In this document: positions 13,131-25,239 of the stretch, piece by piece
Numbering within the stretch: position 1 is the first letter of the stretch
Layout of the letters: each line of letters opens with the position of its first letter
NCBI GenBank assembly: GCA_951406725.2
Contig: OX597818.1
Span: forward strand, 108,748,001-108,812,000
Length of the DNA stretch: 64,000 bases
Direction: 5' to 3'
Source: Octopus vulgaris
Lineage: Eukaryota
The notes under the pieces: generated by a model
What the model saw: only the letters and a program-made list of their open reading frames with translations
Told to the model about the DNA's origin: nothing
The model's database searches: none
Made by a program: the position numbers and the translations under genes

Positions 13131-13342
13131 ATAAATGATACTGTTTACATTGCATTAGCAAAGTGTAAAATAGTAAATGTCCTGATAACCTGGAATACTT
13201 ATAATTCCCTAAGATTTTAAAAATATGTAGAGGTATATATATATGCTTAAATCCTTAAAAGTGTTTTAGCCCGAATATATATGTATGTGTATGTGTGCGA
13301 GTAGAGGTATATAACACATTTTATGAAATGGTACCTATAGGT

Positions 13343-13590
13343 ACAGGGGTGGTTGTGTGGTAAGAAGTTTGCTTCTCAACCACATGGTGTGTGAGTGCTT
13401 GAGAACCGGTGTTGGTGTGTTTATGTCCCCATAACTCAGCAGTTCAACAAAAGAGCCTGATAGAATAAGTACCAGTCATAAAAATAAAACAAAAATTAGC
13501 ACTGGGTGTCAATTCATTCAATAAAACATTTCACAAGTCAGTGCTCCAGCATGCCCACAATCTAATGATTGAAACATGTCAAAGATATAA
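13343..13590 (+). mobile_element. SINE family A (tRNA-derived head ggcgtggctgtgtggtaagaagcttgcttcccaaccacatggtt), internally deleted
   Basis: More than 15 related copies in the window, with A-box/B-box-like heads. Confidence 0.8.
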
Positions 13591-13814
13591 AAAAAAGTAC
13601 GCTAGAAATAATGGAAGTGTTTTTCTTTTATTTTGATATATATCTGAAAGTTTAATATATATATATATATTTTTTTTAAAAATATAATTGTATATACCTC
13701 TACACACACACGTCTCATTTGTGTTTGTCTTAGAAGAAAAGTATAACTGAACAGATTTCTATTGCAGCATGCATTGTTGTACGAGATATTTAATTAAAAC
13801 TGTTTTATTACCAG

Positions 13815-14492
13815 CCAGGACCACCTGACTGGCTTCCATGCTGGTGGCACATAAAAAGCACTATCCAAACATGACCAATGCCAGTGCCCCCTAACTGGCT
13901 CCATGCTGGTGGCACATAAAAAGCACTATCCAAACATGACCAATGCCAGTGCCCCCTAACTGACTCCATGCTGGTGGCACATAAAAAGCACTATCCAAAC
14001 GTGACCAATGCCAGTGCCCCCTAACTGGCTCCCATGCTGGTGGCACATAAAAAGCACTATCCAAAGTGACCAATGCCAGTGCCCCCTAACTGGCTCCCAT
14101 GCTGGTGGCACGTAAAAAAGCACTATCTGAACAAGATCAATGCCAGCGCCCCACTGACTGACTCCTATGCTGGTGGTATGGTAAGAAGTACTATCCAAAT
14201 GTGATCAATGCCAGCACCCACGCTGACTAGCTCCCATGCTGGAGACACGTAAAAAAGCACTACACAAACGTGATCAATGCCAGGCCTACCTGACTGACAC
14301 CCATGATGGTGGCACATAAAAAGCACCCACTACACTCTTGGAGCGGTTGGTGTTAGGAAGGACATCCAACTGTAGAAACATTGCCAGATCAGATTGGAGC
14401 CTGGTGCAGCCGCTGGCTCTCCGGACCTCAGTCAAACCATCCAACCCATGCCAGCATTGAAAACGGACGTTAAATGATGATGATGGTGATGA
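13815..14492 (+). repeat. SINE family C with an internal ~65 bp unit amplified about 8 times
   Basis: Units start at ~13831, 13897, 13962, 14027, 14092, 14160, 14229 and 14296, followed by a normal family C 3' end and (GAT)n tail. Confidence 0.9.
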
Positions 14493-15039
14493 TAAACTTA
14501 TCATTTAAGTAGCAGACATATGTTTTACCTAAGATGCAAAAAACAGTAAGCTCTGAGCATGCGTGTATGAATGTATGTGTGTGTGTGTGTATACTTGCCT
14601 GCATACATACAGAGACGAATGCACACTAAACGTGGATACATAAAAAGTAGTGAATAATAGAATGGCAAGTAGGTGTAGCACAACTAGTGTTGTGACAAAG
14701 GAAATGTAATTTAAAGAACAAAATAAATTTATGTTTCAATGATTCCTAAAAATTGACTTTTGAACAATTTTTTTTTACATCATATTTCAAGCAGAAATAC
14801 AATTTTCTTTTTGTGAATCATTAAGCCAAATAAATCTAAATAACTTAATTGATAAAGATAAAATTAAGAGAGATAACAGGAAAACCTGATCTAGATAATT
14901 TGTGGAAAAAATCCAATTTTCGTTTTTTTTTAATATCTTCAGTGATAAATGATGAGATCTGTGTGACATACTGAGTAAGTGGAGTCATCCTTGTACACTT
15001 TGAATAATCAATTATATATGTGTGGTGGTGGTGGTGGTG

Positions 15040-15530
15040 CAATGGTGTGGTAAGACCTTTGTTTCCCAACCACATAGTTCCTGGTTCAGTCTCCTACAGT
15101 GTAGCATCTTCGGCAAGTGTTTCCTACTATAGCCCAGGGCTGACTAAACCCATAAGGGTGCATTTGGCAGATAGAAATACAAACCTGTCATAGGTGCAGG
15201 AGTGGCTGTGTGGTAAGAAGCTTGCTTCCCAACCACATTGTCCTGAGTTCAGTCCCACTGCATGGCACCTTGGGTTGACCAAAGCCTTGTGTGTGGATTT
15301 GGTAGACAGAAACTGAAAGAAGCCCATTGAATATGTGTCTGTGTTTGTCCCTACCACCGTCACTTCATGATCAATGTTGGTGTGTTTACCTCTCTGTAAC
15401 TTAGTTCGGCAAAAGAAACTGATAGAATAAGTACTAGGCTTACAAAGTATAAGTCCTGGGGTCAATTTGTTCGACTAAAGGCGGTGTTCCAGCATGGCCG
15501 CAGTCAAACGACTGAAACACGTAAAAGAAT
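15040..15530 (+). mobile_element. Two adjacent SINE family A copies
   Basis: Heads at ~15043 and ~15198; tail ...cagcatggccgcagtcaaacgactgaaacacgtaaaaga. Confidence 0.85.
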
Positions 15531-15812
15531 ATATATATCCATATCCATGTATATCAATGTGTGTGTGTGTGTACATGCATGTTACTATGTCTGTACCTGA
15601 CATTGCATGATACCTGGAAATGGATGTCACCATCATGCAATAATCTGTGGAAAGATGCTTAGTGATGGGACAATATTACCTTAGATGGAAACAGGAGACG
15701 GTTGGCAACAGGAAGGCCACCCTCCCTTACAAAATCTACTCAAATAATAAATTGTCTCAGCCATGCAAGCATAGAGAAGGGGATGTTATGACACTGATGA
15801 TGATGATGATTG

Positions 15813-16440
15813 TTTTTTGTACTTTCTGCTTTTTCCTATTGTCATTTCTCTCAATCTGCACTTATTTCTGTGTTCCTTTCTGTCGAAGAGCATAGGCTCA
15901 AAATGTAAAAGACTTTCTCACTTCCCTAGCGTTAAACTTTTACATCTGTTTGTTGTTTACACACCCACTTTTGTCTTTTGTTTTTTTTTTGTAAATTCTC
16001 ACTATATATTACACACTCACATGGTCAGTTTTATTCTGTCTCCACCACATAACACTTCGGACTTTTCTTGGACTTTTCTACTAGGATTCTCTACCTGGAC
16101 TTTCTTCTACTCACCTACACTCGGACTCCTACACTTTGGCTGCACCTCTCCTACCCATGGAAAACACTTGAACTCTACCTTTGATGAGAAATCTCTCCAT
16201 TACACCACGATGTTCAAACCTTTTGAACTTTTCTAAACTTTTTTGTATTTCTGCTTTTTCCTATTGTCGTTTCTGTCAATCCGCACTTATTTCTGTTTTC
16301 CTTTCTGTTGAAGAGCATAGGCTCAAAACATAAAGGACTTTCTCACTTCCTGAGCGTTAAACTAATACATCTGTTTGTTGTTTACACACCCGTCTTTGTC
16401 TTTTGTTTTTTTTTTTTTTTTTGCAAATTCTCACTATGTA
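15813..16440 (+). mobile_element. Two ~195 bp direct repeats (425 bp period), each with a decayed hammerhead-like motif; Penelope pLTR- or retrozyme-like
   Basis: 15813-16005 matches 16240-16437; motif ctttctgt(c/t)gaagagcataggctc at 15876 and 16301. Confidence 0.75.
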
Positions 16441-16694
16441 TGTGTATGTAATGTAAAATTGAGAAATTGTAGTGATGAGTGGAGAAAAAAAGAGAACATT
16501 TTGGATATTGCCCTTCTTATGAAAAGCTGAAAGGAGAGAAATTAACGAGAGCTCTCCTTTCATGGTGGCACTCTCTCCAAAACATAATCCACTCCTCATG
16601 CCATGTTCACTTTACTCTTTTTATCAATTTCACCACATACTATAAAGTCTTACTGATGTAAACCAACACCAGCCTCTTAGGATTATGTTTAATC

Positions 16695-16695
16695 A

Positions 16696-16760
<65 letters not shown>
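16695..16760. repeat. (TA)n microsatellite
   Basis: Visible directly. Confidence 0.95.
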
Positions 16761-16761
16761 T

Positions 16762-17410
16762 GTATAGGGTGTTTGGGCTAAATTCCATGAATTTTTGTGT
16801 CTCCTTTTTTCAGGAGCAGCTTTGTGCATTGCTGAAGAGTCAATGGCATTAAATATGATAAAGATTAAAGCTGCAGTTAAAAAAAAAGTTAGCTGACATG
16901 GAGGATAGGAAGGGATCTGAACACTGGGAAAGTGTTACTTGTATCATGATGGTTCATGCTGGGTATCAAAATACCAACATTGTGTCTTCTGATGCTCAAT
17001 GCTCTGTAAACACTGGAAAGGCAGTAAGACTTGATATGGAAGCTGCAATGGAGGCTATGAAGCTCTGGTCAGCAGGAAGGGACACAGCAGGCATTTTGAC
17101 TGTGTCCACTCACTGGAATTCATTCCATCCCCACATTTTTGATGACTAATGTAAATCTGCTGGAGACTATGGTTAAATCCTGGTTGGAGCAGGTTGCTGC
17201 TGGAAGGCCATATGTGTGGCAGCAGGATTCGGCTTCTTGCCATAATTCCGGAAAGAATCAGAAGTGGCTGTTGGATTATTTCTATGACTTCACCAGACCC
17301 AGTTTCTAGCTTCCCAGTTCCCCTCGATTCTAATGCCAAAGATGTGTGGGTTTTAATGGCAGCAAAAATACCTAACTGCAAACCAAGGCTTCAACAATAT
17401 GTATTTGTCT
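16762..17410 (+). mobile_element. Tc1/mariner-superfamily (maT/DD37D-like) transposase remnant
   Basis: From 17151: VNLLETMVKSWLEQVAAGRPYVWQQDSASCHNSGKNQKWLLDYFYDFTRPSF*LPSSP (QQD.A..H and WPP.SPD motifs); N-terminal fragment at 16898; internally deleted. Confidence 0.85.
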
Positions 17411-17499
17411 AACCTTTGACAACATGATAAAAAAAATAAACAAACAGAAGAAACAAATATGAATGACTGTGCATGCATAATATATTAAACAACAATAAC

Positions 17500-18450
17500 A
17501 ACGACCAGAAATGGGGGCTCTGATCTGTGCTGCCCAAGAACATGCATTAAAAACTAATTACATCAATTACAGAACAGAAAACACATCAGAAAGAGATAAG
17601 TGCAGAATTTGTGGACAAAATGGTGAAACTGTATGGCATATTACCAGTCAATGTATGCCACTAGCCCAGAAGGAATATAAGAGATGTCATGACAATATAG
17701 CAAGGATTGTCCATTGGACACTTTGCAACAAGTATGGACTTGACAGAGCAAAAAAGTGGTACGAACATAAGCCTGAAAGCATCATTGAAAATGATAATGC
17801 AAAGATCCTATGGGATTTTGTGATTGAATGCGACCATGAGATAGAGAATATGAAACCAGACATAGTGTTAATTGAGAAAGAAAACGAATGATGCTAGATC
17901 ATAGATATAGCATGCCCAGCTGACGACAAGGTATGCGATAAGGAAGAAAGTCAAGAGTTATGACAAGTTAGCTTGGAAAGTTAAGCAGTTATGGTCGATG
18001 AAAAAGGTGGTAGTAGTACCAATAATTGTTGGAGCCCTGGGAACAGCGAGTAAAAATCTTGAGAAGTACATGGAACAAATACAGGCTGCAATAAGGGTGG
18101 AGCACTTGCAAAACACAGCACTGCTTGGAACCAATCAAATACACGAAAAATAAGGGGTGTTACCCTAATTCACTGACACCATAACACAGCTGACACCATA
18201 ACACATCTCCAGCATTAGAATCTGTGCAAAAACAAAATAATAATTATAACAATAATAATAATAGGGGCTGCAATAAAGGTGGAGCACTTTCAGAAAACAG
18301 TACTGCTTAGAACTGCTTGAATACACCAGATGGTGCTTGGAAAATAAGGGGTGTTACCCTAATTCACTGGTAGTGAACAGCTGACACCGTAGTACATCCC
18401 CAGCATTAGAAGCTGTGCAAAGACAATAAAATAATAATAATAATAATAAT
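17500..18450 (+). mobile_element. 5'-truncated R4/Dong-clade non-LTR retrotransposon (CCHC knuckle plus RLE endonuclease) with a duplicated 3' end
   Basis: CRICGQNGETVWHITSQC, KRCHDNIARIVHW, ILWDF..CDHEIENMKPDIV, IIDIACP; ends in (TAA)n at ~18237 and ~18430. Confidence 0.92.
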
Positions 18451-18665
18451 CCTTTCTACTATAGTCACAAGGCCTGAAACTTTGGGAGAGAGGGCTAAAT
18501 AGATTGCATTGACCCCAATATTCAGCTGGTACTCATTTCATCAACCCTGCAAGGATGAAGGCAAAATTGATCTTGGTAGGATTTGAACTCAGAATGTAAA
18601 GACAGATGAAATGCTGCAAAGCATTTTGCCTGGCATGCTAACGATTCTGGCAGCTCACTGCAGCC
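18450..18665 (-). mobile_element. SINE family B
   Basis: Family B sequence flanked by (TAA)n. Confidence 0.8.
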
Positions 18666-18669
18666 GTAA

Positions 18670-19064
18670 TAATAATAATTAATTCTTTTCATTGGCCACA
18701 AAGACTGACACACATGATTAGAAAACATAAAGGGACAAAACCGGACGAAAGGGTTTTGTCTGTTTGTGAAAAAATCGTGTAAAAACAGTGTAACAATCAA
18801 ATAATATAACAACGAAAAACTCCCAACAGGGGGAGGCATTATGAAAGGTTCCTGGTGGAAAAAACCCATAAAAGCCAACGGGAGCCTGGTCAAACGGGAG
18901 GGGGGGTAGAGAGCCCCTTTCTCCTTTTATAATACCTTTTTCAATTACAGGCAAAACCTGAGAATTGGTCCATTTATACTGGCCATTCTTGCACAATTCA
19001 CCCTACTTTCAGAAAACTTGCTATCAGATAGCACTCTCCTTTCTAACCTCATCTTCCTTTTCAA
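18670..19064 (-). mobile_element. Tx1/L1-like LINE, ORF2 C-terminus and 3' UTR
   Basis: LKRKMRLERRVLSDSKFSESRVNCARMASINGPILRFCL* then a UTR ending ccaatgaaaagaa-(TTA)n; recognised from resemblance only. Confidence 0.6.
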
Positions 19065-19217
19065 TAATAATAATAATAATAATAACAACAACAACAATCC
19101 TTTCTACTAAAGGCACAAGGCCCGGATTTTGTGGGAGGGACTAGTCGATTACGTTGAGCTCAGTATTTGACTGGTACTTAATTTATTGACCCCAAAAGGA
19201 TGAAAGGCACAGGTGAC

Positions 19218-19990
19218 ACTTGTGGAAAGGGCATTCCTCAAATATCACCGGATACCTGTTACCAGCCATAGTGAAAAAATCTGGGAAGACCAGATTTCTT
19301 GTGGTTGATTGGGTCCACAGGGTCAAAACAGCTTTTAGCCCAACCCAATCATTCAGCAGCAACATTTTCACATTTAGCAGCTTGGATCTGCTGCCAAGGG
19401 CTGGCTCGCAAACCTGCAAGCCTCCTTATGGGTGTCAAACAGCAGCCACACCATTGCATATTTAGCACCCCTAGAAATAAATCTTATGGTTGGCAGATAC
19501 TCTGCCAACTCTTCTATTTCTATTTTTTTGAAGATGGCGATGGTGTTGAGTGACTTCAAATATGTCCCCAACACCACTGTCCTCTCCCCAAAGTCTTTCA
19601 CCCTCTCTTTGGATGGGACAATCTCCCACTCCAAAACAGTGCCCACTTTCTTCGCCATGTTTAGAAGAAAAGTTCAACAAGTCCAAAAAAGGGAAGAAGG
19701 AAAGAAGACAGTTCAAAAACACAGTGAACATGATTCCGGCTAACTGGTTCTCCACTTGTAATCCAGGGACACAGCAACACAGCTCCACAAATTTCACCAA
19801 AAATTGGTGAAGAAAAATTCCACAAATTTTTGGAGGTTGGATATGCCTCCAAAACAACACTCTTCTCTCAGCTAAGTGAGACACTTGGTGCAACTACGGG
19901 CAGAGAAATGCCTGGAATCCAGTAGGGATTTCTCATTCGAAACAACAAAGCCCACTAGATCCCTAAAAACAAATGCCTTATAGTTGCACT
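19218..19990 (-). mobile_element. Tx1/L1-like LINE ORF1 remnant
   Basis: Frameshifted ERTVVLGTYLKSLNTIAIF..LAEYLPTIRFISRGAKYAMV and FPDFFTMAGNRYPVIFEECPFHKC; same strand as the ORF2 tail. Confidence 0.55.
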
Positions 19991-20389
19991 TCAACAATTT
20001 ACGACGCTGCACACCAATGTTGTGACATCATTCAGTGAAAGGAAAACACTGATACACACATGCGAAGTAAGCAAGCTACTTACCACAGAGCCACCCCTGT
20101 GCTTAAGTATAAACTAAGTATGTATAAAAATTATTTGCAAAAATAGCCTTAAAATAGAGAATATAAAGAACACAATGTATTATAGGATATGGTCTCTTTT
20201 TATATGTTACAGACTATTCTTGTAAATGAGTTTATATCTATACACACACACACACACACACACAAATATAGTCAGTGAAGGAGTCTAGAAAGAATATGTA
20301 ACAATTATGTGAAGGGGCTAAAATGGTGGTATGTGAAAGTAGAGTATATTATGGTACAAGGAAAAACTATATCTGACATCAAAATAAAT

Positions 20390-20710
20390 ATCAAATGGAA
20401 ACTGTAGTTGCGTTACCTGTGCCGGTGGCACGTAAAAAGCACCATCCGAACATGGCCGATGCCAGCGCCGCCTTGACTGGCTTCTATGCCGGTGGCATGT
20501 AAAAAGCATCAACCAATCGTGGCTGCTGCCAGCCTCCCCTGGCACGTAAAAAGCACCCACTACGTGACGTTAGGAAGGGCATCCAGCTGTAGAAACACTG
20601 CCAGATTAGACTGGAGCCTGGTGCAGCCACCTGGCTTCCCAAACCCTGGTCAAACTGTCCAACTCGTGCTTGCACAGAAAACGGACGTTAAACGATGATG
20701 ATGATGATGA
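20390..20710 (+). mobile_element. SINE family C with three internal ggcacgtaaaaagcac units
   Basis: Family sequence plus (GAT)n tail. Confidence 0.85.
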
Positions 20711-22167
20711 TTGACTCTATTCCAGCTATACCACTGCAACTAATTGAACTGGCCATGGCAAGTTGGAAGGTAAAACTGGTTCTGATGAGGAATTGAACTT
20801 AGGAACATGAGATAACATAAATTCAAAGAAGTAAAACTTTGCTTAGTTCTACTCTGCAACATGGGATAATGTCTAAATATTATTGTTAATAAATGTTGAA
20901 ATGATAGCACAGTTGAATTTGGTTTAATTAGCAGTGTGGAGAAGAGAGCTTTCTGGTAACAAAAACTAACCAGTATATATGACTCCACTGACTGTAAGTG
21001 AGTAGCGCCGACTATTGAGCAAAGCCGACTTGTTCTGGCAGCCAGGCAGTTGATGAAATGGACAATGGCTGAGAAATATTCTCCATAAACAATATTTCAA
21101 TTATATAGAATTCTATAGTATTATTTAATTGCTTTGGTAATTACAGGCATCTTCAAGATTGAAAGGAAGATGCCACATAAATAAAGCGGTCAAACTGATG
21201 TGGTAAAGTACCACCACCGCCACCACTGCCGCTAATGTTCTTCCTATTATTACCAACACCTACCTACCACCATAACTACATATTAATAGCACTATATCAA
21301 CTCCTACCACAGCTACCCCATCACCATAATGCATCCCACTCCCACTAACACTACTATTAAATATTCTGCCACATACCTAAAACATTCAATAATACAACCA
21401 CCACCACCACCACCGTCTGCTGCCACTGCCACCACCACCAACAGTAAACATCTGTGCAGTATTACTGTCTTCTGACTTTTAGCCATAACGAGATGAGGAA
21501 AGAGAAATGATTTGCATTGCAAGAAGACACAGCAGTGCAACAACACGGTTGCCAATGGTGGTTTTATGAATTGTAGTTGGGCAAGCGAATGATGGGTTTG
21601 CGACACGAAGCGTCGATGCTGACACAGTATATCAACAGAGAACACACTCAGATATCGGCTTCTAAGAAGACATACAAACAGATTTGAAATGCTTGATTCT
21701 AGTGGTGATAATGGTAGTAGTAGTAGTAGTAGTAGTTCGGGTGATAGTATTAATAAATGCTGTGATGGTAATGTTGTTGTTGTTGTTGTTCCTTTTGTTG
21801 TGGATTGGTCTAATAAATGTTTGATATCAACTGAACTTTACTTGATAGCTGAACTAGCTGCAACAATGACATCTTTGTTGAAGTCAGTGCTTTACTGTGC
21901 AGGTCAAATGAAAATGTAGAAGTTCACTATATCGTTGCTTGTGGAGTGTATGTGCTGTTTCTGTCGGTCGTTCATTTGCTGTCAAAGCAGTTTTGATGTT
22001 GGCACTCTTGAAGTGGCTTTGATGACATAGGTACAAATATTTTTGCACTCCCAAATTTTGCTGTGTAGTGGTGGCCGTGAGCAATACAATCGTGTTGTTC
22101 ATGATTATACTTTGGCTTGCCCTCAGAACAATTGCATAGTTTGAAAACCAATAAATATTATTCTCAC

Positions 22168-22278
22168 CTTCAAAATATGTTGTGTCTGTCTCGTCACTTG
22201 GTTGTGGTTGGAAGGGAGCAGGTTGTTCAAGGAGTTTCTCCCAAGCCACATTCTCAAAAATCTTCATGTTTTTAACAC
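22168..22278 (-). CDS. MASTL: Greatwall/MASTL kinase, penultimate coding exon (AGC C-terminal region): VKNMKIFENVAWEKLLEQPAPFQPQPSDETDTTYFE
   Basis: ttgcag acceptor and AAG|gtgag donor; 111 nt, phase 1-1; closely matches human [31 protein letters not shown]. Confidence 0.93.
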
Positions 22279-22404
22279 CTGCAATGTGAAAATGAAAATA
22301 TATAAACAAAAATCAAAAGAAAATCTAATTTCACTCTTTATAATTTCACTCTAAAATAGAGTGATGAAGGCTTGGGATAAAATTAATAGATATTAACGCA
22401 AGTT

Positions 22405-22865
22405 ATTTACAGAGAGGAATTGCTAAGCAGTGATAAGTAAAACTGCAATGTTGTTATCAGTCCGAGGATGCTTGAGGTACATTCAAACTGGGGTACAAGC
22501 TACTCATTATGTTTCGTCACAGAAAATATAACCTGTTTGTTGACAAATGGTGTGTATACACCTAGACCAGCTCACAGCGCCACTGATACAGGTTGTGACA
22601 TGCTTAGCAATTGAGAGTCATCTTCTCTTTGGTCACAGGCACTTGGCAGCTGGCGCTATGAGTTGGCTAGTCTGTGACTGAGAGCAGATAACTACCCAAA
22701 ATGCTAGCATCTCACAGCCTAGGTAGGTGGCACTGCAAGCTGCTCTAGGTGTATACACAGAATTTGTTAACAAGTGAGACATAGTCTCCATGACAAAACA
22801 CAGTGAGTAGCTTGTTCCCCAGTTTGAATGAGCCTCAAGCATATTTGGACTGGGAATAACATTTA
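22405..22865. mobile_element. Longer member of the palindromic MITE family
   Basis: Arms ~22448-22571 and 22738-22864 (cttgaggtacattcaaactgggg...gtgtatacacctaga mirrored). Confidence 0.65.
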
Positions 22866-22894
22866 CAATAACACAAGTTAATCCAAATATGAGG

Positions 22895-23220
22895 CACAGG
22901 CGTGGTTGTGTGGTAAGAAGCTTGCTTCCCACCCACATGGTTCTGGGTTCTCTCTCACTGCATGGCACCTTGGGTAAGCGTCTCCTGCCATAGCCTCAGG
23001 CAGGCCAAAGCCTTGCAAATGGATTTGGTAGACGGAAACTGAAAGAAGCCCCCAACGTGTGTGTGTGTGTGTGTGTTTGTCCACCACCACTTGACAACTG
23101 GTGTTAGAATCTTGAAAAAACAACAAAAAAAAGTCCTGGGGGTTAATTTGTTTGACTAAAAATTCTTCAAGGTGGTGCCCCAGCATGGCCAGTCGAATGA
23201 CTGAAACAAGTAAAAGACGG
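22895..23220 (+). mobile_element. SINE family A
   Basis: tRNA-like head, internal (TG)n and family tail. Confidence 0.85.
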
Positions 23221-24722
23221 AAGACACCCAGCATTAAGTAATACAATAATGCTTAAAATGAAACTACAAACTTTCCTCCATTCTACCCGGGAGATCTAAA
23301 CCTTACCTCACCTTTTGCTGAGCATTGGAAACGAAACTCCATTATGTATTTGAGGAGAAGATTTACAAAATGCTGAAGAAAACGACAGCAAAATAACAAG
23401 CAGCATCTCAACTTTGATCATTCATTTACAAACCCAAACAAAACAAAGTTTTGAGAAAATCTCAACAGAAAAGTAATGAAACACAGAACAGGTGTTTTTT
23501 TATACACTAACAATACAGAAATGCATAATCAGTGGTGGATAATTAGTAAAAATCGCACACCTTTCATAAATAGGACCAAACTTACAGCCCTTAATTAGAA
23601 GATTGCCTATTTGAGCTTTACTTACAAAAGATGTTATACACACACACACACACACACACACACTTACACTTCCCAGTCATAAAAGCTGATGGTTAATATT
23701 GATTAGTTACATACAAGTTAATAAGTATGTGTGTGTACATGTATGTGCACACACACAAATGTGTATCAATAAACACAATTTTATCAATATTCTTATAAAA
23801 ATTATACATCATATAGAAAGTTAAAGTATATGCTCCAACGTAAGTGGGTGTTGCTATACACACAAATATAACACATAAAAGCATGCATACATTCGTATAC
23901 ACACTTGTACAAGCGAATACATACACACAAACACATAGATAATCATGATACATATTTATGGCAAGCTCCGAATCAATTAGCATCTCAGGGATAAAAGTAT
24001 CTAAGCAAGTAAAATAAGTAGAATAAATACTTGATGGAAAAGGAAAAAAAAAAAAAAAATCAATGTATGAGTGTGTGTGGAGAGAGGGAGGAGGGGGTGG
24101 GGAGATGGGGACACCTTGCTGAAGGTGAACCCTTTGATCTTTGATTACCTGGGTTTGATTTTACAACTAGGAACAAAGTGGAAAGATAAAACACTGACAG
24201 TTTTATATTGAATGAGATATGATGGGGGAGGTGATCAATGAGAGGGAGGAAACGAGAGAGAGAGAGAGGGGGGGGAAATAATGGATAAGAACACACGTAA
24301 ACGTACACATATACTTGACCTCGTACACAAATACACACATGAACATACAAGCGCACACGCTGTAATATATGTGTGTATATTTATAAAGTTGGAGACTACA
24401 ATGAGTAGGTTATGAGATCTACTCACAGACATTTGCATACATAGATATAGTGATAAAACATACTCACACACACACACACACACCAAGTGATATACTGAAT
24501 AAACATACAATTTATGACATACACAATGACAACACATTTACACACGTAAGGAGACAGTTCAAGAGTTTCTTCAAACACACACACATTATTATAAAATGAT
24601 GAACATTCACATATAAAAACACAAACATATACCATAATATTATAAACTAGTATATAATAAAAGTATGGAAAAACATACTAATATTAAAAAGTACAGTATA
24701 TATATTCTATATATATTTGGTA

Positions 24723-25097
24723 CAGGAGATGCGATGGCCCAGTGGTTAGGGCAGTGGACTTGCAGTCATAAGATCGCGGTTTCAATTCTCAGAACGAGAA
24801 TTGAGCGAAAACACTTAAAGCTCCACAAGACTCCAGCAGGGGCTGGTGACAAACCCTGCTGTATTCTTTCATCTCAACTTTCTCTCACTCTTTCTTCCTG
24901 TTTCTGTTGTACCTGTATTTCAAAGGGCCAGCCTTGCCACACATTGTGTCATGCTGAATCTCCCCCAAGAACTATGTTAAAGGTACACAGGTCTGTGGAG
25001 TGCTCAGCCACTTGCACACTAATTTCCCGAGCAGGCTGTTCCATTGATCGGATCAACTGGAACCCTCCTCATTGTAACTGACAGAGTGTCACAACGA
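24723..25097 (+). mobile_element. SINE family D (tRNA-like head gatggcccagtggttagggcagtggacttgcagtc)
   Basis: Body shared with 48550-48760 (+) and 27835-28150 (-). Confidence 0.8.
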
Positions 25098-25239
25098 CTA
25101 TATTTGGTACAATGACACATCTCTCATATAGAACATTACATATTCTAAATAATACCGATATTATGGTTTGCAAATTCTATACAAGAGTAAGCAACGTGAA
25201 ATGGAAACGTGCAAGATGTAATGTAGTTTGTCTGTGGTT

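Noticed and set aside
13815-14330. CRISPR-like array
   Set aside because: No unique spacers; plain tandem units inside a eukaryotic SINE.
24149-24166. 18 nt micro-exon candidate
   Set aside because: Splice-like signals only, with no homology support.
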